Shown here: piece after piece, positions 55,432 to 64,000 of the stretch
Layout of the letters: the number at the start of each line of letters is the position of its first letter
Position numbering within the stretch: the first letter of the stretch is position 1
DNA from: Octopus vulgaris
Taxonomy: Eukaryota
Direction: 5' to 3'
NCBI GenBank assembly: GCA_951406725.2
Contig: OX597822.1
Location: 56,110,001-56,174,000, forward strand
DNA: 64,000 bases
Program-made: the position numbers and the translations under genes
The notes under the pieces: model-generated
Told to the model about the DNA's origin: nothing
Database searches by the model: none
What the model saw: the letters and a program-made list of their open reading frames with translations, nothing else

Positions 55432-55653
55432 ACAGAAGGAATGCTTAAAGGTTTCTGGGTTGCAGGTAAAATTAAAAACATGAGGAACAGTTAATTATGA
55501 TTTTATTCAATATATTCACGTATCAGATTCACTCACTTATTGCAGCTGTCCTTCAGTTTTTTTCTAAAGCCTGTAAAAGAACTCGAAAGGATGGACTTCC
55601 AACCAGGGTTTTCTTGATAACCTCAAGGCCGGGAAATGTTCATCATCCCCTCG
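55432..55653 (-). mobile_element. Mariner-derived MITE (~220 bp)
   Basis: Ends ...CATCCCCTCG-TA. The internal sequence is a diverged reverse complement of 57198-57411. Strand is relative to that copy. Confidence 0.7.
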
Positions 55654-55717
55654 TATTCAAATATAAAACAAATATCCCATTGCCTTTAATTATGATTCTT
55701 TTCCATTTCTTTTACAG

Positions 55718-55875
55718 ATTGCAACCAGCTGAAAACCTCACCTGGAGACTACTGGTATATTGCAGATGAATTTGCCCCACCCTGTGCATTTTACTTAATA
55801 GGTGGCCACGACAAAATAGTAGAACTGGAATTTCTTGATTTTAATATTGACTGTGAAGAAGGAGGGGAATTATCA
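55718..55875 (+). CDS. CRHBP: Internal exon of corticotropin-releasing-factor-binding protein (first CUB-like domain)
   Basis: TTTCTTTTACAG acceptor, GTGAGT donor, 158 nt, phase 1-0. Translates (D)[52 protein letters not shown]. This aligns without gaps to the recalled human CRHBP segment CLDMLSLQGQFTFTADRPQLHCAAFFISEPEEFITIHYDQVSIDCQGGDFLK, with three Cys, G, AD and IDC conserved. Missed by the ORF track. Confidence 0.88.
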
Positions 55876-55937
55876 GTGAGTAAATAATTATATAATTTAA
55901 TTTCACGCAGAATAAGAAAATGCAATTCAATAATATA

Positions 55938-56051
<114 letters not shown>

Positions 56052-56698
56052 TATATGCATATATACGTACGTACATACATATATACCGAAATACACAATT
56101 TCCTGTGTGCAGATAGACATATGACTGCTGTGGAGCTTAGAATTCCATATATATGGAATTTTGTCTACATACATTTAGGTATGTATGTATATACAAATCC
56201 ATATTTACATATGTATAAATATATATATATACCTAACCCCATATATATACATATACATATACGAACATACACAAACATACACTAACTTACTCCTAACCAC
56301 ACACACACGCACATATATATATACATATGCATATATGGGTACAGGACGTCACCGAAAGTTAACAACATGAAATACGAAAACAAATGAGTTCAAAACGCTA
56401 ACAACGAGAGAAACAAATGGAAAACAGGACAAGTAACATAAAGAAAGGCCCTTCATCAGTTGTCTGCTGTCTATCTACTCCTTCTTTCCATGACACAGCA
56501 GCCGTGCTGGTCACTTTGAAAATTTGTTTTTTAGTTGAATCAACCCCAGTACTTAATATTTCTTTCTCTAACCCTAGTACTGTTGCCGGGGGGCTAAGTT
56601 ACGAGGGCGTAAACATACCAACACCGGTTGTCAAGCTGTAGTGGTGAACAAACAGACACACTCACACATACACATATATGTATATATATTTATTTATT

Positions 56699-56758
<60 letters not shown>

Positions 56759-57197
56759 GAGTGAGAGAGCAATGCATGCCATCAAAATCACACCGGGATA
56801 AAATGTACGAGCCCGTTATACTCATCATGACTACCCTCTGATGAAGCTACACCAGGCACAAACACCACAACCATATGTATGTATAGGGCTCATTAGCCAC
56901 CAACGGAGGCGCAAATGCAAAATATAAGTTAGTCCTAGAGCGCACAATGTTCCTGAAGTTCGGCAATGGTCTTCCTCGGTCACGAGTGGACGGCCATCAT
57001 GTATGTATGTATGTATGTATGTATGTATGTATGTATGTATGTATGTATGTATTACAGAAATCATGTAATATTATTATATAATATGCGATATACTATATCA
57101 TATTGGACTTATTAAACTGAAAACAGAAAATATTAACTCATCAGATTTATGCATAAAATTCATCTACGGGCATTATGAAGCAAACTCTAAACATATA

Positions 57198-57411
57198 CTA
57201 GTGGGTGCTGAAAAGGTTATCACGAAAGGCCTTGTGAGATGCCCAGTCTTCTGAGTTCTTTTACAGGATTTAGAAAAGCTGAAAGAACGCTGCATTAAGT
57301 GCGTGAATCTGAGAATACCTTGAATCTAGGAATATGTTGAATAAAATCATAATTAACTGATTCTCTGGTATTTTCTTTTATCCCAAACTAGGAACTTTTC
57401 AGCATCTCTCG
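57198..57411 (+). mobile_element. Mariner-derived MITE, same family as 55432-55653 in opposite orientation
   Basis: Imperfect TIRs CTAGTGGGTGCTGAAAAG / CTTTTCAGCATCTCTCG. Shared core GAGTTCTTTTACAGG..TTTAGAAAA..TTGAATAAAATCATAATTAACTG. Confidence 0.7.
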
Positions 57412-57422
57412 TGCGTGCTCGA

Positions 57423-57472
<50 letters not shown>

Positions 57473-58245
57473 ATATATATGTGTATGTGTGTCTGTGTAT
57501 TTTATTTTCTTTAAATTATTTTCCTTAGCTAATACACAGCGGTTATAAGTTTTAAGTTTATAACCATTATTATGTGTTATTTACAGAATTTTCACTCATC
57601 ACTGCTTCTCTATTGAACTCATATATATATATATGATTGATATATATTTATATCCGCTCACAAAGCTTTGACCAGCCCGAAGTCACGTAACTTGTCACTA
57701 GTGACGGAAGCAGTATTATACATGATTTTCTTCTCTATTAATGTTGTTTAATGTCATATCAACATATATCACAATAAATTAAACATTCTATTGATCTCCT
57801 TCTATAGGTGATAATCATTACTGCTTTTCACTAACGATATATAACTCACGCAATGTGTGCATGCTCTATTTCACAGACAACAAGGCTGCTATATAAATCC
57901 ATTACAGAACAAATGTAAAACAGCGTCGAATGATATGAAAACTGGCAAGTAATTTAGTGGGTTAGAATTGATACTTTGACACAAAATTAAGCAATGATAT
58001 CGTCCTCTGTATGTGGTCTGCTTTTCTAAGACATAAGGTGCTATTCTTAATTCAAAGTCTTGTACAATGTCATCCATTATTAGTATAATGTTGGCTAGTG
58101 AACATACAAAACGAAGACGTTAATCTTTTCCTAAATTATGAGGTTTCTTTGCTGTAGTGGTAATCTTAAGTTCCTACGGTTTTTACGGGAAGACCTCATT
58201 ATAGTATGTACTTTTTCATCTATCAGTTTATCTATCAAGTATTTC

Positions 58246-60238
58246 GGTTAATATAGGGCGTTACGATTATCAGAAAATCAAAAACAAAATGTGTGTAATA
58301 GGTGTAAAACAACTTCCTATGAACGAATATGAAAAAAAAATTCGCGCACGCGAAAGCGGGGTGGGGGAGAGGCCTCGGAAAATTCACATCGGGAAGTTCC
58401 GAAAGCGTCTGAGGGGCTGACCCGGGCACCAAAACAAAAAAAAAATAGTGTAATATGTGTAAAACAACTTGCTCTAAACGAATATGACAAACAAAATACG
58501 CTCTCGCGAAAGAGGGGTGGGGGAGAGGCCTCGGAAAATTTATATCGGGAATTTCCGAAAGCGTCTGAACCGGGCACAAAAACAAAAACAAAAACAGCGT
58601 AATAGGTGTAAAACAACCTGCTCTAAACGACTATCATGAAAAAAATGCGCGCTCGCGAAAGGGGGGTGGGGGAGAGGCTTCGGAAATTTCACATCTTCAG
58701 TCCACGGCCTTTAAACTAAGAAAAAATAGTGTAATTGGTGTAAAACTACTTGTTCTAAACGAGTATCAAGAACACACACTCACACATGAATCATAAAATC
58801 ATATTTCGCAAAAAAAAAAATAAATAAAGAGAAGAAATTCTGGAAAAAGTGAAGAAATGTTGGATCTCATTCCTTGGTTAGAGCTATTTTAAACATTAAA
58901 TTTATGCTTTTCTTTGAAATAGTTCAGATATATGCAATTCTTCTCACTTATTAAGATGCATTTATCAGAAAAAAAGAGACAGAAAAAATTATTATTTTGT
59001 GTCAATCCTTCCCTAATTATCCTTTATTAATTAGTTTTGGCGTGTATTTTTTTCCCAAATTTATTTTTTCACCTTTACAACACTGTTTAGTAAAGCAATT
59101 AATTATCTTTATAATTTGCATATTTGACTTATTAATCAAAATTCTCTAGATGTAATATATACTAAGTAATGCATCCTTCATTTATGTGTTCCGTTCTGTA
59201 TTATGCATGCGTGACTGTTTGTATGTAAGTGTGTTTAACTGTGCACGTGAATGTGAATATTAAAGAACATATTTATTTACTATGATTGTTATTTTCAGAA
59301 CAAATAAATCTTTTGGCTGTTATGTTATTGATGTTATTATTATTGCTAGTTAAAGGGTGGTGACTTGGCTGAATATTTTGAGTCTTGTAGTATGTAGTTG
59401 TGTTAGTCAATATTCTGAGTTCAAATCCAACTCATTTCTTTATCATCATTATCGATGGACCACTCAAAGAGGTATGTATACATTATCATTTTCGTAACAT
59501 AATTTCTGTAGTATTTCAAGATGTTTCTGACACGTATTTTGATTCACATGGCGGAGATCCAACATTTCTTCACTTTTTCCAGAATTTCTTCTCTTTATTT
59601 ATTTTTTTTTTTGCGAAATATGATTTTATGATTCATGTGTGAGTGTGTGTTCTTGATACTCGTTTAGAACAAGTAGTTTTACACCAATTACACTATTTTT
59701 TCTTAGTTTAAAGGCCGTGGACTGAAGATGTGAAATTTCCGAAGCCTCTCCCCCACCCCCTTTCGCGAGCGCGCATTTTTTTCATGATAGTCGTTTAGAG
59801 CAAGTTGTTTTACACCTATTACGCTGTTTTTGTTTTTGTTTTTGTGCCCGGTTCAGACGCTTTCGGAAATTCCCGATATAAATTTTCCGAGGCCTCTCCC
59901 CCACCCCTCTTTCGCGAGAGCGTATTTTGCTTGTCATATTCGTTTAGAGCAAGTTGTTTTACACATATTACACTATTTTTTTTTTGTTTTGGTGCCCGGG
60001 TCAGCCCCTCAGACGCTTTCGGAACTTCCCGATGTGAATTTTCCGAGGCCTCTCCCCCACCCCCTTTCGCGTGCGCGAATTTTTTTTTCATATTCGTTCA
60101 TAGGAAGTTGTTTTACACCTATTACACACATTTTGTTTTTGATTTTCTGATAATCGTAACGCCCTATATTAACCAGTATGGTTTATTACACACATTTTGT
60201 TTTTGATTTTCTGATAATCGTAACGCCCTATATTAACC
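58246..60238. mobile_element. Young non-autonomous foldback DNA transposon with ~620-bp inverted arms and 8-bp TSD (Merlin- or MULE-like)
   Basis: Arms 58246-58868 and 59554-60174 are near-identical reverse complements with internal ~150-bp subrepeats. Termini GGTTAATATAGGG / CCCTATATTAACC. AGTATTTC at 58238-58245 and 60239-60246. Superfamily is inferred from the 5'-GG ends and 8-bp TSD. Confidence 0.85.
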
Positions 60239-60310
60239 AGTATTTCTTGGTACATGTCACAGTTTTCCTTATCTTTCACGATTTGAACCCCACCAGCCCA
60301 TACACCCACC

Positions 60311-60370
<60 letters not shown>

Positions 60371-60653
60371 AGTGGGTGTATGTGTACGCGGTACACACTA
60401 TATAAGTATATATGTGTGAACACTTGGTACATTACACACCACACACACACACACACACACACATCACACACGCATATGTGTATATATTCATTGGACTATA
60501 TATTATATACTCACGAATATGTTTATTATATTTAGCACTCGTTGATCGTTTCTCTTACCTTTTATATGGAATTAGGCGTGTGGACCATAACATAATATTT
60601 AATTTATATTTTTTATATGCGCATTTATTCATATTTAATGAATTTTTTAATTT

Positions 60654-60896
60654 ATTTCCAAGTATATAATAATTCTATTAGGATTCTTAACCGTTTTTAA
60701 AAGGTTTTTCGCTGTGATATAAAGGACACATTTCAATACATGTTGCTCAGTCGTCCAAAGACAAGGACGCTTCATTTCCAAGTATATAATAATTCTATTA
60801 GGATTCTTAACCGTTTTTAAAGGTTTTCGCTGTGATATAAAGGACACATTTCAATACATGTTGCTCAGTCGCCCAAAGACAAGGACGCTTCATTTC
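60654..60896. repeat. Tandem duplication, two copies of ~120 bp
   Basis: ATTTCCAAGTATATAATAATTC...GGACGCTTC starts at 60654 and again at 60774, near-identical. Confidence 0.9.
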
Positions 60897-61354
60897 TCTG
60901 ACTACAAAAATATTTATAGCAAATAGATATTTGTACCCCACTCACACTAGAACTTAACTACAATGGTTTAATCAATTTACATATCTCTAATTTATCATTG
61001 GCGTGATTGAAAACTGGGATTATATTAAGTAATAATAACTAAGTAATCATTGGCTTAAGTAACGACATAATATTTATACATAAAACAACATGTTAGAAAC
61101 ATAGGAGGGTTTTAAATAGTTACACTATTCTTTTTAAATGTTTCCCTGTAGAATTCAAAGGAGATAGAAATACATTTTGCTGCTGTTTTTGGTAAGCAGA
61201 AATATTTTGGTAAGCAGAAATTGCTTTGGTAGGTTTTACGCCTTGTTGAACAATAATCAAATAAAAAGTAGCCTTCATTATTCTGCCGACGATAAGGTTT
61301 TATAGCAAATCGCATTTCTAATAATTTCTAGATAAATTAGTTGAAAACATAAAC

Positions 61355-61385
<31 letters not shown>

Positions 61386-61412
61386 CATACATACATACAT
61401 ACATACATACAT

Positions 61413-61444
<32 letters not shown>

Positions 61445-61579
61445 TCATATATGTTATGTACATGTCTATGCTTATGTATGTACTTATGTATGAATATAAA
61501 ATACGCATTGTCTGGTGCCAATTCTATTTTCTATATTTACTATTTTCTTCGTGTGTACACACACACACACACACACACA

Positions 61580-61634
<55 letters not shown>

Positions 61635-62106
61635 GTGTATATCCATATACACACATAAATGCACATATCTGCTTATCACTTTATCTAGCTAACGCGCTTA
61701 TGTGTCTTGTGAGTAAGTGTAAGAGGTCAGACTCTCTGGACAAGTAAGACACCCACATGTTATCTAATATTGAACAAAGTTTACACGAAACCAATAAATT
61801 CATAAATATGTATGTGAGTGTGTATGTACGTGTGTGAGTAAAGGAGATGACATTATATAAATAGTAAAAAAATACCAAGGAAATCCTACTGGTTGCCTCA
61901 TAACAGAATATACCTAACCACATTACTTTGTATTATTTCATATTTCATAAACGGTCGGCAAATATAATCAATTCCGGTACCATAAAATTTACCATAATTT
62001 ACAATTCCGGTACCATATCAATTTACCATAAAACCATTCAAATTTAATTGAAAAGGATATGATACATGAGTGATTAGCGGGAATTCATACTAGTTGTAAT
62101 TGTAAG

Positions 62107-62149
<43 letters not shown>

Positions 62150-62151
<2 letters not shown>

Positions 62152-62360
62152 CATCATCGTTTAACGGCCGTTTTCCGTGCTAGCACGGGTTGGCCGGTTC
62201 GACCGGGGTCTGGGAAGCCAGGAGGCTGCACCAGGCTCCAGTCTGATCTGGCAGTGTTTCTACAGCTGGATGCCCTTCCTTACGCCAACCACTCCGTGAG
62301 TGTAGTGGGTGCTTTTTACGTGCCACCGGCACAGGTGCCAGAGGAGGCTGGCAACGGCCA
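62150..62360 (-). mobile_element. SINE 3' portion (family D) with an (ATG)n tail
   Basis: GC-rich segment. The minus strand has GGTTGGCGTAAGGAAGGGCATCCAGCTGTAGAAAC and ends CGTTAAACGATGATGATAA. Confidence 0.6.
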
Positions 62361-62384
62361 TATATATATATATATATATAATTT

Positions 62385-63325
62385 TTTTCAGAATGAGATA
62401 AAAACCAAGTCTATGAAGATTTTAGAACATTTATAAATAGAAAGTCTTACAGCTGTTTCCGGGAAATTTTATATATCCCTTCATCGGAGACGGTGTGAGA
62501 AAATTGTTAAGCAATAGTTAATTTAGATAAGATATGAAATAGAGAGTGTAGTGGAGGAATGAAAATAAATGTGAGATATGCAGTGATATTGCATTTGTAG
62601 ATTCATTATTTAGGCAGAATGGTATACATGTAAGATTCCAATACCTTGTGAGTAAATTCCAATAGTATTTAAAATTGGTCATTCCAAGTCTTCATCTCTT
62701 TATTATCTCTCTCCTTATTTTTCTTTTTTCTTTTTTTCTTTCTTTTCTTTATTTGTCTCTTCCTGTTTTTTCTTTATTCTTTTTTTCTCTTTTCTTTATT
62801 CCTCTCTTCCTGTTTCGATTTGATCTTACAAATACATTCCCTACTTTTAGGTCACATTACATAAAAACCATCAATTCAATAGCAGTGTACAAACTCTATA
62901 CTTGGAATGAACACTTTTAAATACTATTGGAATTTTCTCACAATGTGTTGGAATCTTATATGTATATCATTCTGCCTAAATAATGGATCTACAAATGCAA
63001 AAACCCTGCATATCTCACATCTATTTTCATTCCTCCACTACACTCTCTATTTCATATCTTATCTAAATCTATCTATAATAAATATCCCGAAAGCAGGTGT
63101 AAGACTTCCTATTTATAAATGTTCTAAAATCTTCACAGCCTTGGTTTTTTTTTATCTCATTCTGAAAAAAAATTTATATATACACATGCTGAAATATGAC
63201 CTACGTTGGACTCCTTATTCACATAATCACCGAACCTGGAGCTCAACTATGGTCTGTTCATAGCACTTACTCGACATTACCTGACACCTTTGGCTTTCAT
63301 TGACACCATTACTTCTCATAACCCC
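62385..63325. mobile_element. Second locus of the 46145-47097 hammerhead-bearing family: inverted partial copy followed by a direct unit
   Basis: 62385-62680 is the reverse complement of the sequence at about 46325-46605, and 62690-63325 is collinear with 46145-46767. Bounded by (TA)n-type tracts. Confidence 0.85.
62444..62491 (-). ncRNA. Minimal type I hammerhead motif with a U4C core variant
   Basis: Minus strand GTCT-CCGATGA-AGGGATAT ATAAA ATTTCCCG-GAAAC-AGCT-GTA-AGAC. Palindromic stem III ACAGCTGT. Confidence 0.65.
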
Positions 63326-63353
63326 TCTCTCTCTTTCTCTCTCTCTCTCTCCC

Positions 63354-63442
<89 letters not shown>

Positions 63443-64000
63443 GTATGTATATATGCGCATGAAGATGGCGTCGCATAGCTTCATGAATTATTCGACGCTA
63501 TTAAAAATGGAATTCAGTTTCGCTGTAGCAAATATATTTGCATGTATTTGCTTATACGCTTAACCCACGATGTATAGAATCTCTAGTGATTATTGTTCGT
63601 TTGTCATCTTCGTGAAGTAAAAGCCTGTCTCGAGCTACTAAATGCTATTCATATGGTCAAGAGGAAAATCAAGGCTAGCATCATGGCAGGATGTAGCTGT
63701 CAGAACGCAAAGAACTGGAGCACTTTCTGCATAAAATCCTGTCCTGTGCTCTAATAGTTTTGTCAATCCAAGGACTATATTGGTACTATCTTTACCGACA
63801 AAAAAACAATAGGTAAAATGCAAGCTTGATAGTGAAAAGATGTGACAAAGAGAGCAATGGGACGGGGCAAATAACGAAAGACATTCTTTTGAACGTTCTA
63901 CTAACTGTGCAAATTAGCCACCTTTTATTTGCAGACTTACACTATTTCACAAGATACACTGTTCAAAATGAAGAATTTGAAGATATACGGAAATACAGGA

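Noticed and set aside
56838-56850. Isolated CTGATGA (and CTGACGA on the minus strand near 35950)
   Set aside because: No downstream GAAAC/GUH or pairing stems, so these are not hammerheads.
58300-58760. Regularly repeated ~150-bp units resembling a CRISPR array or a repeat protein
   Set aside because: There are no unique spacers or cas genes and the context is eukaryotic. They are subterminal repeats of the foldback transposon arms, mirrored at 59660-60120.
63600-63900. Possible next CRH-BP exon near the window end
   Set aside because: No DGW-type motif in the + strand frames I read. It weakly resembles a decayed CR1/L2 RT C-terminus, too weak to list as a feature.

Overview
AT-rich, microsatellite-dense animal genomic DNA. 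The SINE families and repeat landscape suggest an octopus or other cephalopod; this is inference. Most of the window appears to be intronic to one + strand host gene encoding a corticotropin-releasing-factor-binding protein (CRH-BP). One clear 158-nt exon lies at 55718-55875, and two phase-compatible upstream microexon candidates lie at 11251-11286 and 38130-38178. The rest is transposon debris: Penelope-like (GIY-YIG) remnants, mariner/Tc1/maT copies, hAT, Chapaev3-like, Helitron, R4/Dong, RTE and L1/Tx1-like LINE remnants, several tRNA-SINE families, and a young foldback DNA transposon with ~620-bp arms and an 8-bp TSD. The most striking non-obvious signal is a set of at least five unrelated short non-coding elements embedded in (TA)n tracts. 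Each carries a minimal type I hammerhead ribozyme motif with a palindromic stem III, and most are built from direct and inverted partial copies (Penelope pLTR / retrozyme-like). Well-preserved motifs within the identified gene span are antisense to the host gene, while sense copies are damaged. Almost all ORFs in the supplied track are microsatellite artefacts. All alignments and folds were done by eye.
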